A stretch of 64,000 nt of DNA, taken from contig JAYTSD010000008.1 in assembly GCA_043745805.1 (NCBI GenBank), positions 258,569 to 322,568 of the forward strand, given 5' to 3'. Made by a program: the position numbers and the translations under genes. This document shows, one piece after another, positions 1-8,938 of this stretch. The notes below the pieces were generated by a model, which did no database searches, was not told the DNA's origin, and worked only from the letters and a program-made list of their open reading frames with translations. Numbering within the stretch: the stretch's first letter is position 1; each line of letters opens with the position of its first letter. The DNA is from Fibrobacteria bacterium. GTDB lineage: Bacteria > Fibrobacterota > Fibrobacteria > UBA11236.

Positions 1-209
1 GCAAATGTTACCGTATTTTACAGTTGAATGATTATGCGCGTATTGATTTACGTATCACACCCGATGAAAAAGTTTATATCATCGAAGCCAATCCTAATCC
101 AGATATTACGCATAAAGAGGAAATGGCTGAATCCGCACGCAAGGCAGGCCTACCTTATAAGCGTTTTATTCAACGCATATTAAATAATGCCTTAGCAAGG
201 CAAGCTTAG
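1..209 (+). CDS. ddl: D-alanine--D-alanine ligase, C-terminal fragment; the gene continues upstream of the window. The reading frame is open from nt 3, and the listed ORF start at 24 is a TTG, so it is probably internal.
   Basis: The C-terminal residues 'ARIDLRITPDEKVYIIEANPNPDIT...AGLPYKRFIQRILNNALAR' resemble the Ddl C-terminus (ATP-grasp 'EINTxPG' block plus terminal helix). No in-frame stop occurs upstream to the window edge. Confidence 0.55.
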   Translation, partial: KCYRILQLNDYARIDLRITPDEKVYIIEANPNPDITHKEEMAESARKAGLPYKRFIQRILNNALARQA

Positions 210-264
210 GTTTTGTTTAATTTACATCGCGTTCATGCACAAACTATAAATACCTAATTAAATT

Positions 265-1089
265 CTAATCAAGGGTTTCTAATAACTCCGACTTATATTG
301 CCAAGATTCATGATATATTCTCTCTTCAAAATTTAATTCCGAACTTTTAACGGCAAAGAGACAATGTATCCAATTGGGGCTTTCCTGAACAAAATACGAC
401 TGGATTTTATTTAATATGATGGCTAGGCGAGTACATATTTTTTGCAAAATATTTCTGTATAAAGGTTTTGTTAACCGCTTACTACAATGAATACAACTTT
501 CGTCTTGAATATAGGTACCATATGGGTTACCTGCAAAATCCATCAAATGTTTGGAAACATCATTTGTACGATTTCTATTTTTACCGATGCATTCAGTTTC
601 TTCCAAAATCAAGTCTGCGAATAGTTTTTTTAAGATGGCTTCATCAAAAACATTTACATGCCCCCAAGGGGGATTTTTGCATCCACAAGACAAACATGTC
701 GTTCTGCCAAAACGTATATCTTGCTTATAAGGAACGCCTATAATAACTGCTTTTTTCGCAACACGTGAGATTTCAGTTACGGCATCTTTTAAAAGTGAGG
801 TAGGAATATGTTCCAAAACTTCGGCGCAAAAAACTAAATCAAAGGAATTATCTGGAAAGGGTAAGGAACAAACATTTCCATTAAGGCAAGTAATTCGGGG
901 CTCGTTTAATTCGGGCATACTTAAGTCTAAAGCTGTAACTTCTTTAAAGTAATGGGTCAAAAGATTTGCAACATAACCGTCACGAGAACCAATATCCAAT
1001 ACGGAATTTCCGGGTCTTTTAATTAAATCCAATAAACTTCTAATTCGATCTTGCTCAGATTTCGTATTTCTATAGGCTGTTAAATCCAT
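265..1089 (-). CDS. Class I SAM-dependent methyltransferase with a C-terminal Cys-rich (zinc-ribbon-like) region
   Basis: Motif I 'VLDIGSRDGYVANLL' and the post-I acidic 'ALDLS' are present, with 'FDLVFCAEVLEHI' (Methyltransf_11-like). CxxC pairs 'CLSCGC...' and 'CIHCSK' follow. Confidence 0.7.
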   Translation of the reverse strand: MDLTAYRNTKSEQDRIRSLLDLIKRPGNSVLDIGSRDGYVANLLTHYFKEVTALDLSMPELNEPRITCLNGNVCSLPFPDNSFDLVFCAEVLEHIPTSLLKDAVTEISRVAKKAVIIGVPYKQDIRFGRTTCLSCGCKNPPWGHVNVFDEAILKKLFADLILEETECIGKNRNRTNDVSKHLMDFAGNPYGTYIQDESCIHCSKRLTKPLYRNILQKICTRLAIILNKIQSYFVQESPNWIHCLFAVKSSELNFEERIYHESWQYKSELLETLD

Positions 1090-1256
1090 CGCTCTCCCTT
1101 AATGTGAAAATTATGGTTCGAAATAGGTTATTAGGCATTTTACTGCGAACTTTAGCGAGAATATAAATGAAGGCTTAGGGTGGCGATATGGGGTCTATAC
1201 CCTATAGGTTTTAATTTTTATTTGATTTAATTCCTCATTAGAATCGAGAGCGTGAC

Positions 1257-2225
1257 ATGGAAACAAAAAATTTCTTGACCATAAATGTAGAGTGCTGGTT
1301 TCATGCAGAAGGTTTCAAGACGAAGATTTCACCCTCCGAGTGGCATTTGCAAACCACTTTGATCGTTGAAAATGTACAGCAATTAATTGCCTTGCTGAAA
1401 AAGCATAATGTGAGTGCAACCTTTTTTATCCTCGGATGGGTGGTAGATAATTATCCGGAAATTGTGGCTCTTATAGACAGCTCGGGCCATGAATTAGCTA
1501 CTTACGGATATTATCCACAATCTTTGCGCGAAATGACCCCTAGTGCTTTTGAAGAAGATTTAGCGAAAACACTGAATGCCTTTGCCAAATATTCCAATCA
1601 AAGAATTTCTGGCCATCGGGCCTATCAATTCAGTATCACGAAAGATACCCTGTGGGCTTTAGAAATTCTAGCCAAATATGGTATTACCTATGATGCCAGT
1701 ATTTTCCCTGGGCCTCGGCAAAAACATGGTATTTCCCATTATCCGAATCTTTTACCGCATGAAGTTTTATTGCCCCAAGGACTTACTATCACAGAAATCC
1801 CCTTTTCAAAATGGAAAATGGGAAAAGCAAATGCTCCGCTTGTACAAGCAGGGAATCTCCAATGTTACTCTTTAGCATTAACGGAAAAATTTATTTCTCA
1901 GCAAAGCCAGTTGGATTTACCTGGGCAAATATATTTGTCAACTTGGGAAAGAAAAAATTCTCAAACCTTATTTTCCAAACTATTTAATAAAATCGTAATG
2001 CCGCCACAACGTCAAAGTACTCTCAGTAAATTGGAATACTTATTGACCCACTTTTCATTTGCAGGTGTGAAAGAAAATTTATCTTCAGATTTTATACAAA
2101 GTTTGCTACGTCGTAATCCAGTGACGCTTTTATCGAATGCGATAGCAGACCCCATCTCTGAAAAACAAGATTTTCCCATATCGAATAAAGCATTTTCACG
2201 ACTACCTTACCTTCAAAACGTATGA
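1257..2225 (+). CDS. Polysaccharide deacetylase family protein (PEP-CTERM/exosortase-locus subfamily-like)
   Basis: N-terminal 'LTINVECWFHAEGF' and 'SATFFILGWVVDNYPEIVALIDSSGHELATYGY' are typical of NodB-fold deacetylases from the XrtA-associated TIGR03006 family. It sits directly upstream of a PEP-CTERM protein. Confidence 0.65.
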   Translation: METKNFLTINVECWFHAEGFKTKISPSEWHLQTTLIVENVQQLIALLKKHNVSATFFILGWVVDNYPEIVALIDSSGHELATYGYYPQSLREMTPSAFEEDLAKTLNAFAKYSNQRISGHRAYQFSITKDTLWALEILAKYGITYDASIFPGPRQKHGISHYPNLLPHEVLLPQGLTITEIPFSKWKMGKANAPLVQAGNLQCYSLALTEKFISQQSQLDLPGQIYLSTWERKNSQTLFSKLFNKIVMPPQRQSTLSKLEYLLTHFSFAGVKENLSSDFIQSLLRRNPVTLLSNAIADPISEKQDFPISNKAFSRLPYLQNV

Positions 2226-2280
2226 AATATGAAACTGGAAAAACGAAAAAAAATATACGTAATAATGCAATCGCTTTTTT

Positions 2281-2300
2281 AACGGTATCCGTTCTTTTAG
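2281..2300 (+). terminator. Weak hairpin (AACGG-TAT-CCGTT) followed by CTTTTAG, downstream of the deacetylase gene
   Basis: A 5-bp GC-containing stem with a T-rich tail lies 55 nt after the stop codon. Confidence 0.25.
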
Positions 2301-2364
2301 GGTTATGTCTCATAATTAGTTTAACTGTTATTCACCAAAACTAATCTCTATCGAAAGACAAAAT

Positions 2365-3009
2365 ATGAAAACCTATCCCCTCCTTTCCATTGTCTTAGCG
2401 GCCATTGGCTGTTCTGCTTCTACATTTGCGATTCCCGTGTTCTATAATTTAAATTTTCATGTTACCTCTACAAAAACAGGAATAAACGATAAGGGCTGGA
2501 TCTATTCCACTTCTTCTAAAGATGAATTTTTTGATTGTCGTCCCTTAAACGATCAGGTCTATAAAGGAAAAATGAGTGTTGACGATACCTTACTTAAACT
2601 GGATGGACTGAATCGTTTGGGAGAATTAAATTTTTTAGAAATTGAACTCGCGGGTATACAATGGAACTATAACTCTCTTACCGGTAACGGAGGGTCTTTA
2701 GTCGGATTTCGTTCTTCCGAAGGTTTTGCCAGTTCACCCGATTTTAATGTTCAAAATGGTCACATCATAGGCTGGGGAGGCGGAGTATATGGAAGCAGCG
2801 ATGTCCCCTTTGTCGATTTCTTCAACAAAGAATTTAGTGCAGTAGATCACGCCTCTAATGGCATATTCGGATATACTGATTTTATTCCCTTGGATAACCC
2901 TCCAATGGTTCCAGAACCCTCTACGTTTTGTTTACTTTTCCTAGGATTAATCGGTTTCATCGCCATTAAAGGAAAAAGAAATAGCATATCTCAATTTAAG
3001 GTTTTGTGA
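2365..3009 (+). CDS. PEP-CTERM sorting-domain secreted protein
   Basis: It has an N-terminal signal peptide. The C-terminus reads 'VPEPSTFCLLFLGLIGFIAIKGKRN': a PEP motif, then a hydrophobic helix, then a basic cluster, which is the canonical exosortase sorting signal. Confidence 0.65.
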   Translation: MKTYPLLSIVLAAIGCSASTFAIPVFYNLNFHVTSTKTGINDKGWIYSTSSKDEFFDCRPLNDQVYKGKMSVDDTLLKLDGLNRLGELNFLEIELAGIQWNYNSLTGNGGSLVGFRSSEGFASSPDFNVQNGHIIGWGGGVYGSSDVPFVDFFNKEFSAVDHASNGIFGYTDFIPLDNPPMVPEPSTFCLLFLGLIGFIAIKGKRNSISQFKVL

Positions 3010-3015
3010 AATTAT

Positions 3016-3621
3016 TCATTGGGATTTTAAAAGATGTTTTCTAACTATACCTTTACGTGTTACGTTTAACCAGGTTCCTCCAACTAAAGAATGTTGCTCA
3101 CAATTTTTATCGTTACATTTTAGTCTGCATTTTACACAAACTTTACCGGAGCCATTTTCAAAAGGTAGCGCGCCATCATAAATGGGAGCAACTATGATTT
3201 TACCAGCACTATCCGCAAAGCCCCATTTCTTTTTGCGTTGAATACGCACTAAACCGTCTGCAAAATAATCGGGACCATTATCCATGGTGGCAACACCCCA
3301 AATGATAATTCCTTTATTTTTGTGAATTAAAAACCAACCGAAATCCTTTGTTGCCATCCAACCTAAACTGTCTTTTTCGGCTTGTAAATTCCAAATATGG
3401 TTTTGTTTTATTTTAGGCACACTATCACTTGGACAAACGCAATCCGCATAATATTCCAATTCTTTCCCTCCCTCTGCAACATAACCACAAGGACCACAGG
3501 CTTGTGAATAAACTAAAGTTGATCCCCACAAAAACATAAAGCTTATCATCAGAAATTTTAAATTTTTGCATGACAAACTTGATTTAAATTCCGTTCTTTC
3601 CTTGCTCTCAATTCTATACAT
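3016..3621 (-). CDS. Secreted WG/KWG-repeat protein, Cys-rich
   Basis: It has a signal peptide. Repeats 'KKWGFADSAGKIIVAPIYDGALPFENGSGKV' and 'FADGLVRIQRKKKWGF' match the WG-containing (KWG Leptospira-type) beta repeat. Confidence 0.55.
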   Translation of the reverse strand: MYRIESKERTEFKSSLSCKNLKFLMISFMFLWGSTLVYSQACGPCGYVAEGGKELEYYADCVCPSDSVPKIKQNHIWNLQAEKDSLGWMATKDFGWFLIHKNKGIIIWGVATMDNGPDYFADGLVRIQRKKKWGFADSAGKIIVAPIYDGALPFENGSGKVCVKCRLKCNDKNCEQHSLVGGTWLNVTRKGIVRKHLLKSQ

Positions 3622-3894
3622 ACTTTTCCGCCCTTAATCTCATGCAAAGTCCATTGTTACTATGGCAAGGAATAGTAAAAAAATCCTCGACATATTATAA
3701 ATCCCAGTATTTGTTGATTATTTATGCCAAATTCTTTATACAAAATTTGTGTGGTGGAATTTAGCATAGAGGATAACATAATCGTGAAGCATAAATCAGG
3801 AAATCGACTATTATACAAATACATCAAGAGAGATGGCTCCATCAAAAAAGGAGTATTCAGGCAAGGAACGTCACTTGGAAAGGTAAGAGTTTAA

Positions 3895-5376
3895 ATGCTT
3901 AAGAGAAAATATTTATTAAAATCGGTTTTAGGTACGGGATTACTGATATCCTTTTTAACTAAATCCAGTTTTGCCCAATCCGCTGTAAATATTACTGGAA
4001 AAGTGGTGGACTCCACAGGTACAGGTATTCCAGGTGTTACGGTCACTTTAAAAAAGAATAACTTATCAACCACCACGGCTGCTGATGGAACGTATCACCT
4101 AACGGGAACCACTGCACTTTATGAAACACCACAAATGCAAGTAGCGACGCCCATTTTTAAAAATCAAAACTTGGAATTCGAAATTTCTAATGATCATAGC
4201 TTAGTAAAAATCGGGATTTTTAATTTAAATGGTAAGGTTTTACAATCCATGGTGGAAAGCGAATTGAAGGCCGGTAATTATTCTCTCCGACCTACCCTTG
4301 CGGATACAAAAAATCGGGTATGCATTTTAACTATTCAAATCGGCCAAGTGCATTATGCCTTTAAAATGTTTAATACTGAAGGTAACTTTACAGATACCCA
4401 CTTGATAAACCAAAATACAAAATCAGTATTAAATAAAATAGCCTCCACCTCCACTTCCGATTCGGTAGTGGTTATGAAAGCCGGTTTTAATACCGATGCG
4501 AAATCGGTTGAAAGCTATACTGGAGTTTATAATTTTATGCTCATAAATCCCAATGCCTTTTGGGGGAATATAAATGCGTATCCCGTAGCCACTCAGGTAA
4601 TGACTTATGTGTTTTTAAACCGTACCCATGGAGTTTATCGTGACGATCAAATTTATTGGACTTTTAATAATCAAACCAAAACCTTAGCCCAGCAATCCAC
4701 CTTTGATATGCCTGCCAATTCTTCCGGCCGTGTTACCTTTCATTTAGGCGACGCCGCAAGCAAATACTGGGACTTTATGGAACATACCATTAATGCGCGA
4801 GGATGGTTTGGAAATACGACGCGTGTGGATGCTTGGGGATTACCTATTGCTATGCGCGTAATAGGTCAGGGACAAGATGAATTACTCGGCGAAAAATATG
4901 AAGTATTTTATTTGGGTCGCGCAAAATTTTTCCAAACCTTTAAGGATGCCGTTCCCACTGAATTCACCCATTGTGCAACTAATGGCGAACCCTATCGTAT
5001 TATTGCCCCAGGTAAAGGCGATGGAGGCTTTGGTCCTAAGCAAGCCTTCGGTACTTATTTCGATGCCTATTTAAAACAATTGGGAATTACCACGGCCACT
5101 ACGGAACAGGCTTTTAATAATTCCGGTACGCCCTTCGGTTCCGATGCTCAAATAGCCGGCGCTGTTAATCGCCATGTAGCGCATTTACCTAAAACCGATT
5201 GGAGTAACCGCGACCTTTATTATAAGCAAAGTCCCGCTAATTATTATGCAAAATTTTTGCATGATTATAGTTTCCAAGGAAAGTCTTATGGCTTCGCTTA
5301 TGATGATTCGCAAGGCAATGCAGCTTATACTGAAGTAGCAAAACCCAAAACTTTAATTATCGCCATAGGATTTTAA
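3895..5376 (+). CDS. Secreted protein with an N-terminal carboxypeptidase-regulatory-like (Cna-B-type) domain. The C-terminal about 300 aa may be a GH64/thaumatin-like glycan-binding or hydrolase domain; this is very tentative.
   Basis: It has a signal peptide. 'ITGKVVDSTGTGIPGVTVTLKKNN...TTAADGTYHL' is the CarboxypepD_reg signature. The C-terminal part, rich in W/Y/G/N, has no motif I can name with certainty. Confidence 0.4.
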   Translation: MLKRKYLLKSVLGTGLLISFLTKSSFAQSAVNITGKVVDSTGTGIPGVTVTLKKNNLSTTTAADGTYHLTGTTALYETPQMQVATPIFKNQNLEFEISNDHSLVKIGIFNLNGKVLQSMVESELKAGNYSLRPTLADTKNRVCILTIQIGQVHYAFKMFNTEGNFTDTHLINQNTKSVLNKIASTSTSDSVVVMKAGFNTDAKSVESYTGVYNFMLINPNAFWGNINAYPVATQVMTYVFLNRTHGVYRDDQIYWTFNNQTKTLAQQSTFDMPANSSGRVTFHLGDAASKYWDFMEHTINARGWFGNTTRVDAWGLPIAMRVIGQGQDELLGEKYEVFYLGRAKFFQTFKDAVPTEFTHCATNGEPYRIIAPGKGDGGFGPKQAFGTYFDAYLKQLGITTATTEQAFNNSGTPFGSDAQIAGAVNRHVAHLPKTDWSNRDLYYKQSPANYYAKFLHDYSFQGKSYGFAYDDSQGNAAYTEVAKPKTLIIAIGF

Positions 5377-5419
5377 AGGCAAAACTTTTATTTTGGCTAG
5401 ATGTTAATAGCTTTTAGCC

Positions 5420-5857
5420 ATGAAACAAATTCTCGGTCCTTTATTTTTTGCTTCGCTTGCTTCGGTGGGCAATCTTATTTATGTCTTCGGACAAAGGAAA
5501 TCTACACATTTTCATAATCCCTTTTTATTAACCACGCTGACATTAATTTTTAGTATTGCCTTATGTATTATCGCTTATTTTTTTATGGGCACCAAGGATA
5601 GCGTAGAATTTGTAAAACAAAATTTGCTGTGGGCCGCCATTAGCGGCGGAGGATTGTTTTTGGTGTATATTGGTTTTTATTTTTTATACTCTAAATACGG
5701 CGCGTCGTATTATACACTTTATGCCGTTGTCTCGATTTTATTTACCTCAATAATTCTGGGGAATTTAATCTTAAAAGAAAAAACTAATCCGTATTATTAT
5801 CTCAGTTTACTCACGGCTTGCATTTCCATTTTCTTCTTTGGACTAAGTAAGCGATAA
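5420..5857 (+). CDS. Small polytopic membrane protein (4 TM; EamA/DMT-like half-transporter fold is possible)
   Basis: Four hydrophobic segments of about 20 aa are visible. No catalytic motif was found. Confidence 0.4.
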   Translation: MKQILGPLFFASLASVGNLIYVFGQRKSTHFHNPFLLTTLTLIFSIALCIIAYFFMGTKDSVEFVKQNLLWAAISGGGLFLVYIGFYFLYSKYGASYYTLYAVVSILFTSIILGNLILKEKTNPYYYLSLLTACISIFFFGLSKR

Positions 5858-6622
5858 GTTTAAAGGTTTTAAAAGCTTAATAGAATCTAATTCCCAAAGT
5901 CCTAGGCTTTTATCAGCAAAGCGATACACATTATCATTCTCAGTACTGCCTTCATGAATTAAGCGCAACGGTTCGGGGAAATTAAACGGAGTAACAGTAA
6001 AGTTAAGCGGACGCCAATTACGCTTAATCACTTCTCTATTGATCAAAGTTAACGGCAATGTGGTGGTCAATAAATATTTTGCGCCGCATTTTTTAAAATT
6101 TTTTAAAGCTGCTAAAACTTCCTTAAGCGGAAGATGTACTAAACAATCGCGACATAAAATCATATCCACTTGCGGAAGTGTGTCTTTGGTAATATCCAAC
6201 AAAACAAATTGGCGATTATTTTTTCCGCCATATTTTAGGGTATTATTTTCAATAAGTGGGGCAACAATATCACTGCCAATATATTTTTCCAAACCCAAAT
6301 CGATTTTAGAAATCCAATGTAAATCGCCACAGGGCGCATCTAGCATGGTTTTAATGCCAAATTCTTTAATCAATAAGGGGATCTCTCGACTTATGATTTT
6401 CGTTTGATCACTATCGGATCCTTGACCGGAAAGGGACTCTTTACCACCCCAACCATTGGTGAGATACATGGATGTAAAAAAATCGTAGGAAGACATTTTT
6501 TTAGTAACAAAGCGGTTACGTAGACTTAGCAATTGGGAATATAGACTGGGAGCAAGTGTTTGCAAATGGGGTTTTATTTTTGAAAATGCTGAAATGGACA
6601 TTAACTTTAGCCTAAGGTTCAA
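5843..6622 (-). CDS. Class I SAM-dependent methyltransferase
   Basis: 'MLDAPCGDLHWI' (motif I variant) and 'LCRDCLVHLPLKEV' (motif II/III region) are present. Confidence 0.55.
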   Translation of the reverse strand: MNLRLKLMSISAFSKIKPHLQTLAPSLYSQLLSLRNRFVTKKMSSYDFFTSMYLTNGWGGKESLSGQGSDSDQTKIISREIPLLIKEFGIKTMLDAPCGDLHWISKIDLGLEKYIGSDIVAPLIENNTLKYGGKNNRQFVLLDITKDTLPQVDMILCRDCLVHLPLKEVLAALKNFKKCGAKYLLTTTLPLTLINREVIKRNWRPLNFTVTPFNFPEPLRLIHEGSTENDNVYRFADKSLGLWELDSIKLLKPLNLSLT

Positions 6623-6873
6623 ATGCTGTTTATCATAGCATTTTCATTACCTAAAAGCATTGTAATCCTAGTACAATGCTGAGATAGTTCTTTTATTCCA
6701 AAATGACATTCTTTTTAGTTTGAATTGGAAACAGAAAATGGAGCTGGAAATTAATAAATGGTTATTTCAAAATAATATTCCAAGTCACTCTAATTTATCG
6801 GTACTAATTAGAACACTTTTCTTACCTTGAATTTGATTCTCAAATTTTGGTGAAATTTTAAAGAAAGTTCACC

Positions 6874-7722
6874 TTGTCAGAATTATTTTTTAAGCATAAA
6901 TTATACCTTATGCATAAGATATTTTGTTTATTCGTAATATTGGTAACTTATCAAATCCATGCTGATAAAGTAATAGTTATTCTGGGCTCATCAACCGCCG
7001 CAGGCGTAGGCGCCTCCACCTATGACTCTGCCTTTGCAGGTCGGTATACGCATTATATAGCCGCTTTAAACAATGGATGGAAAGTGATTAATTTATCAGT
7101 GGGTGGATTCACAACGTATCAACTTTTACCTACAGGAAGTGAAATTCCAACGGGACGTCCAAGCTCGGATACGGCCCATAATCTTACTAAGGCTATGACC
7201 TACCATCCCGATATACTTTTCATTTGCTTAGGCTCTAATGATTTTGCTAATAATTATTCTACTGCCGAAATAAATGCAAATTTTGACTCCCTGACAACTA
7301 GGGCCATCGCCAGTGGCATGAAGGTTTGGGTATCAACCCCACTGCCGCGAAACACTTTGGATAGCGCCAGTCATGTAAAATTATTCACGTTGCGTGATCG
7401 CATTTTAGAAAAATACAAACCTAGAGTTTTTAATTTTTATGATAGTCTTGGGGATGCAAGTGGAAAGTATATTCCCATTTTTAATTCAGGTGATGGTGTA
7501 CATACAAATAATCACGGACATTTTTTATTGTATCAACGTATTGTCACTAGCGATGTGCTAAACTCCACAACCGCTTTAACAAAAAATGAAATGGGTAATT
7601 TTTTGCTAAACAAGGGTTCCACTACGAAATCGAGCTATCGTTTTTCACGATATGGAGTAGTGTTATTTACTACTTTAGAAAATGGAAGAGATTTTGATTT
7701 TAAAGGAAAAAATATCCCGTAA
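6874..7722 (+). CDS. SGNH/GDSL hydrolase family protein (secreted)
   Basis: Block I 'VIVILGSSTAAGVGAS', block III 'GSNDF' and block V 'DGVHTNNHGH' are present, with a signal peptide. Confidence 0.7.
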   Translation: MSELFFKHKLYLMHKIFCLFVILVTYQIHADKVIVILGSSTAAGVGASTYDSAFAGRYTHYIAALNNGWKVINLSVGGFTTYQLLPTGSEIPTGRPSSDTAHNLTKAMTYHPDILFICLGSNDFANNYSTAEINANFDSLTTRAIASGMKVWVSTPLPRNTLDSASHVKLFTLRDRILEKYKPRVFNFYDSLGDASGKYIPIFNSGDGVHTNNHGHFLLYQRIVTSDVLNSTTALTKNEMGNFLLNKGSTTKSSYRFSRYGVVLFTTLENGRDFDFKGKNIP

Positions 7723-7762
7723 CAGAGTTTTATCTTTTCGCCTTACCGCTTAAAAATTATTT

Positions 7763-8938
7763 TCACTTATTTTTTTCATCTATTTCTAAAGCTTGTGGTT
7801 TGGCAATAATCATTGCTAAAGGTTCTTTAATATTACCTTCGGGATAATTTTTAATTCGCTGCAGCAAAGCATCGGTTAGCTCATAACCACTTGGAACTAT
7901 GAGTACGCCGGAAGGTGTTTGAATATCTTGTGCGAAACGCATACCGGTTTTAAGCAAGGATATAGGTAAATGTCTAATCTCTACTTCATTTTTTTCAGTA
8001 CCCAGAATTTCGCAAAAGGCTTCGAGCAATTTAGAATCATAATTTCCATTGCGAAGATTCATGACTTTAATTTTTTCGGGTAAGCTATCATTATTTAATT
8101 CTAGTGAATCAAAGTCTGTAACAATTTTTAATATGCGCGATCCAATTGGAATACTTTCACCTATAAGTCCATTATCAGGATAACCCGTTCCATCGAAATT
8201 TTTTCCTTGATTCATCAGTATGCTACGCACATCTTCTAATCGTGGAATATTTAGCAGCAGATTTTCATTAATGTCAGGAAGTCGAGCCATTCGGTTATTT
8301 TCTTCTTCATTTAAAGCTTCGCCTGCGTAAATTTTATTGACCATTTCTTGGGGAAGCGTGAGATATCCAATATGTGAAAGCATAGCCGAAATTTCAATTT
8401 GCCATGTTGAAGCCAGGTTTATTTTAGTGGCCAACTTAACGGCGTTTTGTTTGATTCGATTGGCGCGACCAAAAGCTTGTGGATTCGCTAAAGAAAGTAA
8501 TTCGGTTAGAACTTTGATGCTACCCCGTAATGTTTGTTCTAATAAAATTTTTTCGGAAACAATGAGTTGATGTTGCATTACTGCCGATTCGACAGCCTTT
8601 AATAATAAAGTTGGGGAAATGGGTTTCACTAAAAAGCGAAATATCTGACCATTATTAATTGCCGAAATAGCAGAATCTAAATCTGAATGTCCCGTCAGTA
8701 ACATTCTTACAGTAAATGGTGAGCACTCTTTAACTTTTGCCAATAAAGTGGCGCCATCCATTCCTGCCATACGCATATCTGAAATAATTACGGGAATAAA
8801 TTTATTTGTTTTAAAAACTTCTAATGCAGCGATTCCGCTGGGTGCCGTAATAACTTCATATTTCCGTCCTAGAGTTAAGGAAAGACCTTCTAATACCATG
8901 GGCTCATCATCAACACAAAGTATACGTGGTTTACTCAT
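7763..8938 (-). CDS. Response regulator: REC domain plus a degenerate HD-GYP domain (catalytic residues substituted)
   Basis: REC: 'ILCVDDEPMVLEGL...ISDMRMAGMDG...K'. C-terminal 'LSHIGYLTLP' sits where HD-GYP has 'HDIGK', and 'KNFDGTGYP' where it has 'HHERWDGSGYP'. The GYP motif is kept but the His/Asp metal ligands are lost. The gene overlaps the upstream gene by 4 nt (ATGA). Confidence 0.65.
   Translation of the reverse strand: MSKPRILCVDDEPMVLEGLSLTLGRKYEVITAPSGIAALEVFKTNKFIPVIISDMRMAGMDGATLLAKVKECSPFTVRMLLTGHSDLDSAISAINNGQIFRFLVKPISPTLLLKAVESAVMQHQLIVSEKILLEQTLRGSIKVLTELLSLANPQAFGRANRIKQNAVKLATKINLASTWQIEISAMLSHIGYLTLPQEMVNKIYAGEALNEEENNRMARLPDINENLLLNIPRLEDVRSILMNQGKNFDGTGYPDNGLIGESIPIGSRILKIVTDFDSLELNNDSLPEKIKVMNLRNGNYDSKLLEAFCEILGTEKNEVEIRHLPISLLKTGMRFAQDIQTPSGVLIVPSGYELTDALLQRIKNYPEGNIKEPLAMIIAKPQALEIDEKNK

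Noticed and set aside
468-743. 91-aa plus-strand ORF inside the 265-1089 methyltransferase gene
   Set aside because: It is entirely antisense to a well-supported CDS, its composition is low-complexity (Y/F/L-rich), and it has no motif. It is a typical shadow ORF.
1140-1230. Near-palindromic 'GGGGTCTATACCCTATAGG' in the divergent promoter between the methyltransferase and deacetylase genes
   Set aside because: It is only a short imperfect palindrome (CCTATAGG core). It could be an operator, but it is too short and unique in the window to support a regulatory call.
3622-3894. Two 61-aa minus-strand ORFs in the AT-rich intergenic region before the CarboxypepD_reg gene
   Set aside because: The region is very AT-rich with no RBS or motif and most likely holds the promoter or UTR of the 3895-5376 gene. 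I considered a small RNA but found no conserved structure.
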